A stretch of DNA of 57,356 bases, taken from assembly GCA_013152815.1 (NCBI GenBank), contig JAADFO010000072.1:1-57356 (forward strand), read 5' to 3'. The number at the start of each line of letters is the position of its first letter. The stretch's first letter is position 1. Shown here one piece after another: positions 18,574 to 27,780 of this stretch. The notes beneath the pieces are model-generated. The model did no database searches and was not told where the DNA came from. It was given only the letters and a program-made list of their open reading frames with translations. The translations under genes were made by a program, and so were the position numbers. Source of the stretch: Nanobdellati archaeon (lineage in GTDB: Archaea > Nanobdellota > Nanobdellia > Woesearchaeales > JAADFO01).

Positions 18574-19578
18574 CTAAGAGAGGGCACAGATGGCGAGGGC
18601 CGTACTCCATCCGAAGGAAGTGTTTTCGTTGGCCCTGCTGGTCCCTGCATAGTAAAGTTCTGGCATGACAGCACCCCTGTGCAGAAGACCGATGGTCCTC
18701 CGGAGGTAGTGTGCATAACGGTCTTTCTTTCCCATGTTCCGATAGATGACCGCCAGCCAGGGAAATCCGAATGTCCATTCTGCCTCTGACCCGTTGGAAT
18801 AGTACCAGTCGCCGTGGTATCGTACCACGCCCCGTTCTCGTACGAGATGGTTCTCGACGTTTCTGATGATGAGGTCCCTCTGCTGGTCATCGACGATGGC
18901 ATAGGGGAAGATGAGGCTCAGCAACGAGAGGTCGACCTTCCGCTCAGAGGTCTCATAGGGGAGAAGCTTGTCCAGGGCATCCTTGCCGTGCCTGAGCAGT
19001 CCGGGATCGACATTCACATAGGCAGATATCTTTCCCAGACCTGCGAGGCAGGCGCCGACAGAGGATGAACGGACCGCCAGTTCCTGCTCCCACATACCTG
19101 AATCCGGATTGTGCCAATATTCTATCTTTCCCAGATAATCGACCAGCTTCTGAAGTATACGACGGTCATCCTCACCACGTATGACATGGATTCCCCTGTC
19201 CTCGAGATCGCCAACCTTGAAGAGGAAGACACCGACAGAATCGTGCTGCCTGTTGGCCCAGGGACCCGGCACCTGTTCCAGGCTCACCGGACAGTATCGT
19301 GGATGGATATAATCGTCGTCATGGAGCCGTTCGCTCCGGAGAGCCCGGTCGATCTGGCTTTCATGCTTCAGAAAGATGTCGAACAGCCCCCCATAGACCG
19401 CCCGGAGAGCATCATGGTCTTCGGCATCTTCCAGGCCCAACGATTCATAGACATTGTCCCGCACCCATGCCTTGTCATAGCCGGTGGAGAGGTCGCCCGA
19501 TGCGCTGAGGAGTCCTGTCTTGTGCTGAAGCCGTCTGAGCTCGTTCCTGAGGCGGTTCCTGATGAGATGCTTTATCAT
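18574..19578 (-). CDS. Glycoside hydrolase family 15-like (alpha/alpha)6 protein
   Basis: YDKAWVRD, DSGMWE, MPELY. Confidence 0.8.
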   Translation of the reverse strand: MIKHLIRNRLRNELRRLQHKTGLLSASGDLSTGYDKAWVRDNVYESLGLEDAEDHDALRAVYGGLFDIFLKHESQIDRALRSERLHDDDYIHPRYCPVSLEQVPGPWANRQHDSVGVFLFKVGDLEDRGIHVIRGEDDRRILQKLVDYLGKIEYWHNPDSGMWEQELAVRSSSVGACLAGLGKISAYVNVDPGLLRHGKDALDKLLPYETSERKVDLSLLSLIFPYAIVDDQQRDLIIRNVENHLVRERGVVRYHGDWYYSNGSEAEWTFGFPWLAVIYRNMGKKDRYAHYLRRTIGLLHRGAVMPELYYAGTSRANENTSFGWSTALAICALS

Positions 19579-19759
19579 TTTGTTACCCTACAATAGTAAA
19601 AACTTATATATATAGTTTTCCATCGGAGCACCACTTGTGAGTGAAACAGGCAGGTGTTCTTTTTAAATAGAAATAGGGGGTCTGGGCAAAGGAAGCATAT
19701 GCAGCTGTCCATCTCCAAGAGAGCGTTGTCAACAGCAGGGAAAAGAAGAAGAGAATCAT

Positions 19760-20575
19760 TCAATGCTTTGATTTGGTCAGGGAGACTTTTTTCCCGGTCT
19801 TTTCCCGTTTAGAGACACCGAAATCCTCATTTTTGTAGAGGTCTTCACCCCTGAAGACCGGGCCGTCGTAGCATACCATCCTGTCGCCGAGAACACATTT
19901 TCCACAGATGCCAAATCCGCAGCTCATGTAGCGCTCCAAGGAAAGTTCGCAGGGAACATGGGCCTGTCTGCAGATATCGAGGACCCTGGCGAGCATCGGC
20001 TCAGGGCCACAGGCCAGGACGAGGGGGGGCTTCTTCGTTCCATCCAGAAGACGCTGCAACGGGAGTGTGACAAAGCCTTTCTCACCTGCGGATCCGTCAT
20101 CGGTCACGAGTGTTGCCGACGCATATCGCTTCCTGAAGACAAGGCCGGCAGCTGTCACCGCGCCGATGATGATCCGGGCATCGGCTGTCAGGTCGATGGC
20201 TGTCGACAGGGACGCCATGCCGACGCCGCCTCCGACGAAGAGCGCTCCCTTGGTGATGGTGAAATGGTTGCCATAGGGACCGGAAAAGCCCACCCAATCA
20301 CCTTTTTTTGCCTTTGAGAGCGCCCTGCTGAACGCTCCGAAGCGCTTTATGGTGATCCCGAAGCCTTCAGCATCATGGTGGCTGAGAGAATAGGGTTTTT
20401 GGTTGATGCCAGGCAGCCAGACCATATAGAACTGGCCAGGCCGGTAGGGAAGCAGGCCTCTGAAATGAAGAGTGACCACGTCCTTCGCCTCTGGAACCGC
20501 ACGGTCTATCTGGAACATGATAGGAATGCTCATGCGCCTGTCATGGTGAGGTGCCCTCAATGCAGGGTCATCCAT
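19760..20575 (-). CDS. pyrK: Dihydroorotate dehydrogenase electron transfer subunit
   Basis: PGQF, GPYGN, GGGVG, CGPEPM, CGFGICGKC..C 2Fe-2S motif. Confidence 0.93.
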   Translation of the reverse strand: MDDPALRAPHHDRRMSIPIMFQIDRAVPEAKDVVTLHFRGLLPYRPGQFYMVWLPGINQKPYSLSHHDAEGFGITIKRFGAFSRALSKAKKGDWVGFSGPYGNHFTITKGALFVGGGVGMASLSTAIDLTADARIIIGAVTAAGLVFRKRYASATLVTDDGSAGEKGFVTLPLQRLLDGTKKPPLVLACGPEPMLARVLDICRQAHVPCELSLERYMSCGFGICGKCVLGDRMVCYDGPVFRGEDLYKNEDFGVSKREKTGKKVSLTKSKH

Positions 20576-21482
20576 GGACAGCACCTATCAGTCTTTTTAC
20601 TGAAGAATAGCCGTTCTGTCCCATCCACTGCCGCATCTCTTGCAGAGCATCTCCAAAGACCTCCAGACCATGATAATAGATGGCGCTGCCGAGCTGCACA
20701 GCATGGGCTCCGGCCATCATCATCTCGATGGCATCCTTTCCAGAAGAGACACCGCCACAGCCGATGACAGGGATATCCACCGCCTTATAGACATCAGAGA
20801 CACAGCGGAGCAGGACCGGAAAGATGGCAGGACCGGATACGCCTCCCAGGCCGAACCCCATGACCGGCCTTCTTGTCTCGATGTTTATCCGCATGCCCGG
20901 ACCGAGAGAGTTGCCCATGGTGATGCCGTCTGCACCTGCTTCCTGGGCCGCCTTGGCAGCCTCTCCGATGCCTTCGCTGTTCGGCGAGAGCTTGATGAAG
21001 AGGGGGAGCTTGGTGACGTCGCGGACCGCCGCAGTTATCCTGTAGGTGTTGTCAGGTGTCGTCTGACCGGCAAGCGTGCCGTATCCGGGCGTATGGGGAC
21101 AGGAAAGCGGCAACTCGACAGCAGAGAAGTCGTTCCCTTCGGTGAGATGCCCGACCACCAGGGCAAAGTCCTCAGGCGTCTTACCGATGGCAGATGCGAT
21201 GACCGGCCGTTTCAGCTTCTTAAGTTCTGAGAACTCCATCCGAGCATCTTCCATGCCCTGGTTGGCATAGCCGATGGCATTGATGAGGTAGTCACCGTGC
21301 TGGATGACGGCAGGGTTGGGATGACCTTCACGGGGTTCTCTGGAGATGGACTTGATGACCGCGCCGCCTGCTCCGGCAGCGAGGACACGACCGATGCTTT
21401 CCTTGCTGACCCCCCAGATGCCCGAGGCAAGCATGAGAGGATTATCCAGTCTCAGCTTTCCTAGTCTTGTTGAGAGTCGCAT
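20568..21482 (-). CDS. pyrD: Dihydroorotate dehydrogenase class 1B, catalytic subunit
   Basis: NPLMLASG, SCPH, KLSPN, GGVSGPAI, IGCGGV; coupled to pyrK. Confidence 0.92.
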   Translation of the reverse strand: MRLSTRLGKLRLDNPLMLASGIWGVSKESIGRVLAAGAGGAVIKSISREPREGHPNPAVIQHGDYLINAIGYANQGMEDARMEFSELKKLKRPVIASAIGKTPEDFALVVGHLTEGNDFSAVELPLSCPHTPGYGTLAGQTTPDNTYRITAAVRDVTKLPLFIKLSPNSEGIGEAAKAAQEAGADGITMGNSLGPGMRINIETRRPVMGFGLGGVSGPAIFPVLLRCVSDVYKAVDIPVIGCGGVSSGKDAIEMMMAGAHAVQLGSAIYYHGLEVFGDALQEMRQWMGQNGYSSVKRLIGAVHG

Positions 21483-21604
21483 CGTGAACCCGCCCTCATC
21501 AGAGGTGGAGGATCCCCTGATCGTGGAACGCAGGGTATGGCAGGGTATATAAATGTTCTTCCTTGATCATATTCAGGAGACCAAAGAGACCGTCCAGGAA
21601 GGCA

Positions 21605-22267
21605 TCAGGGAAAGCTCAGGGTCCCGTCAAGATACACGCCCTTGTCGAGCTGCACAGGTCTCCAACGATCCTCGACCAGCACGGCATCAAGCCAGGAAGC
21701 AAGCTCTTCAGGATTGCCTATGGTCGCGGAAAGCCCTATTATCTGGATGCCCGGACAGACCGAACGCAGCATGGTGATGAGCATCTCCAGCGTAGGACCT
21801 CTTCCGGGATCGTTGAGCAGGTGGATCTCATCGACGACCATGACGCCTATCTGTTTCAGCCAGGGGCTGTGATGACGGATGAGCGAATCGAGCTTCTCTG
21901 CTGTGCAGATGATCAGATCCCGGTCGGCAAGATAGGGATCGGCAGAATCCAGGTCGCCTATCGAAAGGGCGATCTTCATGAAGGTTCCATAGCGTCTCTT
22001 GAAATCTTTGTTCTTCTCGATCGCCAATGCTTTCAGGGGGACTATATAGACAGCTTTTCTGCCTTGCTCGAGGATCATCCCTGTGGCAGCCAACTCTGCC
22101 ACCAGGGTCTTTCCCGACGCGGTGGGTGTACAGACGAGCAGGTTCTTTCCTTCGAGAAGCCCTGCATCGATGGCCTTCTCCTGGGCAGGTCGCAGGGTAT
22201 GGACCTCGTCCTCGATGGCAGCATAGACCTTTTCAGGAATCTTATCCTTGAGCGCAGAGAGTTCCAT
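21605..22267 (-). CDS. Hel308/Ski2-like helicase, first RecA domain only
   Basis: LRPAQ Q-motif, PTASGKT, PLKALA, TAEK, DEIH, LSAT; ends shortly after WRPV. Confidence 0.85.
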   Translation of the reverse strand: MELSALKDKIPEKVYAAIEDEVHTLRPAQEKAIDAGLLEGKNLLVCTPTASGKTLVAELAATGMILEQGRKAVYIVPLKALAIEKNKDFKRRYGTFMKIALSIGDLDSADPYLADRDLIICTAEKLDSLIRHHSPWLKQIGVMVVDEIHLLNDPGRGPTLEMLITMLRSVCPGIQIIGLSATIGNPEELASWLDAVLVEDRWRPVQLDKGVYLDGTLSFP

Positions 22268-22395
22268 GGCATTGCAGGAAAAGGCCATATTTATATGCTT
22301 AATGATAAGATATGCTGATAAGATATGCCTAATGATGAGTGTGATGATATGCCCAAGTCATGGACATGACAAGACAAGACCACCAGCGAGATCAT

Positions 22396-22902
22396 TCAGC
22401 CCTGCACTGCCTGGATCTCCTTGATCTTCATTTTCAGCTGCTCGACAGTCCGCTCATTGTTCTGGTTGTCGAGCACGGTCCCGCATTCAGGACAGGTGAA
22501 ATTCACCGATGCCGCCCGCTCGAAATTCATCCGCACACACATATTCTTGCAGAGATAGAAATTATTGAGATAGGCAAGTTCCTCCTCGAGCCTCTGCTGG
22601 TAACGTTCAAGCTCGGTCGCGTTCATATCCTGGTAGAGAATTTTTGCATGTCGCTTGTTGAAAGTCCAATAGCCGATATACCATCCTTTTTTCCGGTCCT
22701 TCACGCGCTTGTAGGATACCAGATCATGCTTGTGGAGCCGGTAAAGGATGTTCCTGATGACCTGTATGTCCTGCTTGAGTTTCTTTGATATCAAGAACTC
22801 AGAGACGTTCTCGTCGTCCTTTATCATATCAACGACAGGAACAGCCTCAGGACCGATAAGACGTTCCACTAATCCCTTGATTCGTTTAGCCGTAAGTTTC
22901 AT
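22396..22902 (-). CDS. tfe: Transcription factor E alpha
   Basis: Winged helix IRNILYRL, GWYIGYW, FTCPECG zinc ribbon. Confidence 0.9.
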   Translation of the reverse strand: MKLTAKRIKGLVERLIGPEAVPVVDMIKDDENVSEFLISKKLKQDIQVIRNILYRLHKHDLVSYKRVKDRKKGWYIGYWTFNKRHAKILYQDMNATELERYQQRLEEELAYLNNFYLCKNMCVRMNFERAASVNFTCPECGTVLDNQNNERTVEQLKMKIKEIQAVQG

Positions 22903-23171
22903 GTTTTCCCCCCCGTTAAAAAAATAAAACCCCGTACCATGGAAGGCATAAGAAAAGAGGTGATCCAAAACCTATGCAATCCATGGCAGGGTAAATCTCA
23001 ACATGATCGCTTTGATGACGATGAATGATGAGAAGACCAGCATGAAGAGACTGAAATCTGCAGTCATCACAAACTAATCTTCATTCCCCCGTCATGATTT
23101 CTGGCATCTGACATATATAAACTTTATGGTACTCAAGAATATACATCAGGCACCAGGCAATTGCCGACAGA

Positions 23172-24434
23172 TTACCAGGAGCTGAGAAAGGCCTTCTTTC
23201 CAAGCTCATCTTCGATGCCCAGGAGCCGGTTGTATTTGGCAGTGCGTTCACTACGGGCGACAGCACCGAATTTGCTCTGCCCGGTCCCCAGTCCTACGAC
23301 AAGGTCGGCGATGAAAGGGTCCTCAGTCTCTCCTGAACGATGAGAGACCTGGACTTTCCAGTTCTTGGACATCGCGAGCTGCGAGGCTTTGATGGCTTCG
23401 GTCAGCGTACCTATCTGGTTGACCTTCAGGAGCAGGACATCACAGGAATGCTCATCGATCGCCCGAGCGATGCGCCTCTGGTTCGTGCAGAGAAGATCGT
23501 CGCCGATGACCTGGAATTTCCCTCTTGCCTTGGGCATGAAGGCTTTCCAGGCAGCCCAGTCTTCCTCGTCGAATCCGTCTTCTATGGAGACCAGCGGATA
23601 GGCATCGGCAAGTCCGAGATAATGGTCGGCCAATGAATCTGCATCGAAGATGTGCTCTCCAAGCGAATAGGTTCCTTTCCTGTAGAACTCTGATGCTGCA
23701 GCGTCCAGGGCGAGCTTGACCTCTCCGTCGTGCCCGGATGCATCGATGGCCTCAAGGATGAGATCGAAACGCTCTTCCACGGTCTTAAGCGGAGCGACAA
23801 ATCCGCCTTCGTCGCCGAGCAGGATAGAAGAGGGACCGTATCTTTTCTTGAGCATGGCTTTGAGGGTGTGATAGACCTCTGCGCCGGTCTGAAGAAGTTC
23901 ATGGAATGTCTTTCCTTTCACCGGCACGATCAGGTGTTCCTGTGCATCATGGGCCTGACCTGCATGTTTACCGCCGTTGATGATGTTCATGAAGGGATGA
24001 GGAAGAATCATTTTTTTGGTGCCTGCCAGGTTTGCGATATGGGTATAGAGCGGTTTTTCCAGGATAGCAGCTCCTGCTCTGGCAGCGGCAAGGCTCACGC
24101 CCAACAGTGCGTTCGCGCCAAGCCTGCTTTTGTCGGCTGTGCCATCAAGCGCGATCAAGGCCTCATCGATGGATTGCTGGTCAGCGGGATCCATTCCTAT
24201 GATCTTCTTTGCGATGATGTCGTTCACATGGGAGACAGCCTTCCTGACCCCTTTTCCCCCATATCTCTGGTCATTGTCCCGTAGCTCCACCGCTTCATGT
24301 TTACCCGTACTGGCCCCGCTCGGAACAAAGCCATGATACCAGGCACCTTCTGCCTTCAGACTCGCACAGAGGGTGGGATTTCCACGTGAATCAAGAATCT
24401 CTCGTGCAGAAATATCCTGTATTGATGAATCCAT
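23172..24434 (-). CDS. eno: Enolase
   Basis: DSRGNPT, PSGASTG, GDEGG, LLKVNQIGT, SHRSGETED. Confidence 0.98.
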   Translation of the reverse strand: MDSSIQDISAREILDSRGNPTLCASLKAEGAWYHGFVPSGASTGKHEAVELRDNDQRYGGKGVRKAVSHVNDIIAKKIIGMDPADQQSIDEALIALDGTADKSRLGANALLGVSLAAARAGAAILEKPLYTHIANLAGTKKMILPHPFMNIINGGKHAGQAHDAQEHLIVPVKGKTFHELLQTGAEVYHTLKAMLKKRYGPSSILLGDEGGFVAPLKTVEERFDLILEAIDASGHDGEVKLALDAAASEFYRKGTYSLGEHIFDADSLADHYLGLADAYPLVSIEDGFDEEDWAAWKAFMPKARGKFQVIGDDLLCTNQRRIARAIDEHSCDVLLLKVNQIGTLTEAIKASQLAMSKNWKVQVSHRSGETEDPFIADLVVGLGTGQSKFGAVARSERTAKYNRLLGIEDELGKKAFLSSW

Positions 24435-24490
24435 GGTGCATAACCTCGGGAAAATCAGTTAAAAAAAAGAGAAAAAAATGAATGAAGAAA

Positions 24491-24760
24491 TCAGCGCCTT
24501 CGTTTTGCTTTCTTCTTGGCCTTCTTCTTCACGACCTTCTTCTTCGCTTTCTTCTTGACCGTCTTCTTCTTGGCCTTCTTCTTGACAGCCTTCTTCTTCG
24601 CTTTCTTCTTGACCGTCTTCTTCTTGGCCTTCTTCTTGACAGCCTTCTTCTTCGCTTTCTTCTTCACGACCTTCTTCTTCGCTTTTTTCTTGACAGTCTT
24701 CTTCTTCACCGATCGCTTCTTAGGGGCCTTCTTCTTCGCGACCCTGCGCTTAACAGCCAT
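24491..24760 (-). CDS. Lys/Ala-rich repeat protein, histone H1-like
   Basis: Six 9-aa KKKAKKK(T/V/A)V repeats; GAGGTGA SD and GAAAAGTATTTAAAT BRE/TATA upstream. Confidence 0.8.
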   Translation of the reverse strand: MAVKRRVAKKKAPKKRSVKKKTVKKKAKKKVVKKKAKKKAVKKKAKKKTVKKKAKKKAVKKKAKKKTVKKKAKKKVVKKKAKKKAKRRR

Positions 24761-24953
24761 GTCGTTTCACCTCTTTGGTTCATTGAAACAGAACTTTGTG
24801 CAATTATTAGTTTCTTCATTTAAATACTTTTCTATTTTTATTAAGGAAACCTTTGATGAGACATTTCATGACGAGGAACAAAAGAAAAAAGCAGAAAAAA
24901 AGATCTTCTTGAACGATGACAAGAAGGATGACAGGAAAGATATGACGAAGAAA

Positions 24954-25760
24954 TCAACCGATGTAATCAACATCTGTCGATAATTTTCCTTTCAATCTCT
25001 TGAGCGCGGTCGACTTGGATATCTGCTGCAGGTCATCGGTCCGTTTCATCAGTTCGCGTTCGACCGCCCTGATCTCTTTTTCCATCTGCGTAAGCGAAAG
25101 GGAAAGACCGAATTTCTTCTTGAGAGTCTTCAGCATCTCACCGGAAGCTTTGATTCCGAGATACATCGGATGCGCCGCTGTCTCTCCCAGCAGAGCGACC
25201 GCTTTTATCGCTCTCTTGGTGGCGAGTGCAAGCAAGAGGCCGGTGATGCCGATGATCGGACCGACCAGCCCATAAAGGCCTGTCTTCAGCGACGTTCCCT
25301 TGACAAAGGAAGCCACATGGACAGGGTCATTTCCCGTGCAGTAGACTTTTGGTTTCTTCGGAGCGATGGGAAGGCCGATACCTCCCAGGGTGATGATCTC
25401 CTCCACACCGCATTTTTCACAGAGGTCGAGGATGGCATCGGTAAGCCCGTAGGAAGCGACCTCGTCCACCGGTTGCACGTCGCCAAGGATGAGTATGAGG
25501 TCGTGACCGTTCTTCAGAACAGAAGATGGGATCCAGACCGCCTCGATGGAGGGGAGCTTGATGAGATTGTCCTCTGTGACGAACACAGAATGAGGAAGTG
25601 TGGGAGAGAAGAAAGAAGCGAGCGGCTTTGCCTTGAGTTCTGCTGCCAGAAAATCAGCGACAATCTTTCCGACGTTGCCGATGCCCGGCAAGCCTTCTAT
25701 GAGGACCGGCATCTTCATCCGAGGAAGACGCTTGTTTTCCCAGGTGATGGTCCAGGTCAT
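24954..25760 (-). CDS. PAC2-family proteasome assembly chaperone
   Basis: IEGLPGIGNVGKI, GDVQP, IITLGG, GPIIGITGLLL, C-terminal YIG. Confidence 0.9.
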   Translation of the reverse strand: MTWTITWENKRLPRMKMPVLIEGLPGIGNVGKIVADFLAAELKAKPLASFFSPTLPHSVFVTEDNLIKLPSIEAVWIPSSVLKNGHDLILILGDVQPVDEVASYGLTDAILDLCEKCGVEEIITLGGIGLPIAPKKPKVYCTGNDPVHVASFVKGTSLKTGLYGLVGPIIGITGLLLALATKRAIKAVALLGETAAHPMYLGIKASGEMLKTLKKKFGLSLSLTQMEKEIRAVERELMKRTDDLQQISKSTALKRLKGKLSTDVDYIG

Positions 25761-25782
25761 GTGATTCTCCTCATCCTTTATT

Positions 25783-25872
25783 GTCCTTCATGTCCCTGAT
25801 GCCCCTGATGCCCCTGATGCCCCTGATGCCCCTGATGCCCCTGATGCCCCTGATGCCCTTCATGCCGTTCAC
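25783..25872. repeat. 9-bp VNTR (GCCCCTGAT x6 plus four degenerate units)
   Basis: Perfect copies at 25801-25854. Confidence 0.95.
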
Positions 25873-26000
25873 AGCTCTCACGTCCCCCACGTCCTTCACG
25901 CCCTTCACGTGATGAAGACAGAGGCCCGGACCGGGACATTGCTCTCGTCTCTGTCCTGCCTTTCTTTCAAGACGCTGGAAGGCCAAGAGGGAAAGGCACA

Positions 26001-26180
26001 TCAGGAGAGCAGACCCCGTGCTTCCAGCACCGGTCGCTTCACCTTCCGACGATAGGAAGCGTATTTGTCCTCGACAGAATATTTGGGAGGCTTCCGGGAC
26101 AGGGCAGCAGAACCGTCAGGACAGGTGTCTCTGAGCGTATAGGAACGATCAGCGACGCAGTAGAGGATATGATGTGCCAT
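26001..26180 (-). CDS. nop10: H/ACA RNP protein Nop10
   Basis: YTLRDTCP, PPKYSVEDKYASYRR; follows aIF2alpha. Confidence 0.9.
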   Translation of the reverse strand: MAHHILYCVADRSYTLRDTCPDGSAALSRKPPKYSVEDKYASYRRKVKRPVLEARGLLS

Positions 26181-26271
26181 GGTGATGACCGTTTGGAAGA
26201 TTTCTTTTGTGATAGGCTCCTGGAAATAAGAGGGGTTTTTGGAAAGAAGCTCCCCCCTTCCGGCTCTGCAG

Positions 26272-27057
26272 CTAGCGTTCTTTTCGGGTGATGATGATGA
26301 TGCCCTCTTTTTTTTCCATGAAGGATTCTGCCTTCTCCTTGATGGCTGCCAGGATAGACTCGGCAATCTTGTAGTCGGGGCTGATGATGACGAAATTGAA
26401 ATGACCGGCACCTGCGTAGAAGATGGAGAGGGCATCTCCCCCTGCTTTCTTGATCACTTCCAGCGTCTCTTTGACGACCTCGACCCCGTCATAGGCAAAG
26501 CTTTGGAGCGAGACGGTGCCGGCGATGCGTACTTCAGGAGGTTTGATGCGCTGTTTGATGACATCGAGCAGGTCCTTCTTGATGGTCGCATCCATCTTGA
26601 GGAGGTCGAACGCAGACTCATCCTCGACAACTTCTTCGAAGAAAGGATAGAGCTGATCGAACTCTTCCTGGATGGACAACATGACCTCGTCGTAGATGGC
26701 CTTTGCGTCCTTCTTGTACTTCTTCCCGATGAACTCGAGTATCTTCTCGGCCATCTGTTCCTGCTTGATGCCGTTGACCTTCTCCCGTCGCTGATAATCC
26801 GAGACCCGACGGAGAGAAAGATCGATATGATGACGTTCCCTGTTTATCCTCAGAACCTTGCAGACCACGACCTTCCCTTCTTTCACATAGTCATGTATGT
26901 TCCTTATGCGTCCGGGAGAGATCTCAGAGATATGGATCATGCCCTGTTGACGGTCATATTCCATCAGTTGGACGAAGACAGAATTATATTGGACAGTGGT
27001 CACCTTACAGAGGACAAGTTCACCTTCTTCAGGAAATCCTGTCTTCTGATAGAACAT
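26272..27057 (-). CDS. eif2a: Translation initiation factor 2 alpha
   Basis: FPEEGELV, IHISEI, KVLRIN..IDLSLRRV S1 domain. Confidence 0.96.
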   Translation of the reverse strand: MFYQKTGFPEEGELVLCKVTTVQYNSVFVQLMEYDRQQGMIHISEISPGRIRNIHDYVKEGKVVVCKVLRINRERHHIDLSLRRVSDYQRREKVNGIKQEQMAEKILEFIGKKYKKDAKAIYDEVMLSIQEEFDQLYPFFEEVVEDESAFDLLKMDATIKKDLLDVIKQRIKPPEVRIAGTVSLQSFAYDGVEVVKETLEVIKKAGGDALSIFYAGAGHFNFVIISPDYKIAESILAAIKEKAESFMEKKEGIIIITRKER

Positions 27058-27243
27058 TTACTCGAGGACCTCCAGAATCCTCGCCTTGATCTTGGTCTTT
27101 CCTCCAGTCGAATCAGCCAGATGCTTGCCGCAGACAAGGCAAAGGATTTTCGATGCGCTCTTGCCGAACACAATCTGTTCGTTCTTGCACTTGGGACATC
27201 GTATCTTGATGAATTTTGAGCTCGGCTCTTTGAATTTTGTCAT
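27058..27243 (-). CDS. rps27e: 30S ribosomal protein eS27
   Basis: SKFIKIRCPKCKNEQIVF..CLVCG..TGGK. Confidence 0.96.
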   Translation of the reverse strand: MTKFKEPSSKFIKIRCPKCKNEQIVFGKSASKILCLVCGKHLADSTGGKTKIKARILEVLE

Positions 27244-27399
27244 AGCAACAACCTCTTCTCGATGGTATTTCTCATGATATCTCTTGACCGTAGACACGCA
27301 CAATGAACAAGGCCATAAAAGGCAATTCCGACACCGACACATCGCGACGGAAATGATACGTCAGGACAAACAAGCTTCAGGACAGTCGGATAGCAGGGA

Positions 27400-27708
27400 T
27401 CAGACCAGTTCCAGCCGCTTCGCCCTTCTGCCTTTTTTCTGGGTATGTCGCTTCTTTGACTCCATGCATTCATAGACGATGTCAAATTTCTTGGTCGTCT
27501 TTGCACCCGTGAGCTTGAATTTGGTCACAGCTGGCTTGGAATATCGTCCCAGATTTCCCGCGCCGCGGGCCAGTCCTCGTTTCCTGGCTCTCTTCTTCGA
27601 ACCGTAGGAGAGGGAAGAGGCCTGTTTCTTCTTGACGATGATGACCTTATGCTGCGTGTGCTTCTTCAGGAAAGGGCTGTATCGCATGATGATTTTTGGC
27701 TTTTTCAT
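27400..27708 (-). CDS. rpl44e: 50S ribosomal protein eL42 (L44e)
   Basis: PK..RYSPFLKKHTQHKV, KTTKK; gene context. Confidence 0.92.
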   Translation of the reverse strand: MKKPKIIMRYSPFLKKHTQHKVIIVKKKQASSLSYGSKKRARKRGLARGAGNLGRYSKPAVTKFKLTGAKTTKKFDIVYECMESKKRHTQKKGRRAKRLELV

Positions 27709-27780
27709 GGTCCTGGAAACCCCTGAATTAGGTTTCCTTTATAAAGCTTTCCCCCTCAGAAAAAGGTCATGAAAAGAGTT

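Noticed and set aside
24482-24983. Phe-rich and Leu-rich plus-strand ORFs
   Set aside because: Antisense shadows of the Lys-rich gene, which has the SD and promoter
25783-25872. VNTR as CRISPR or as a confident GIR-repeat protein
   Set aside because: No spacers; an open frame is expected from a 9-bp unit and there is no other coding evidence
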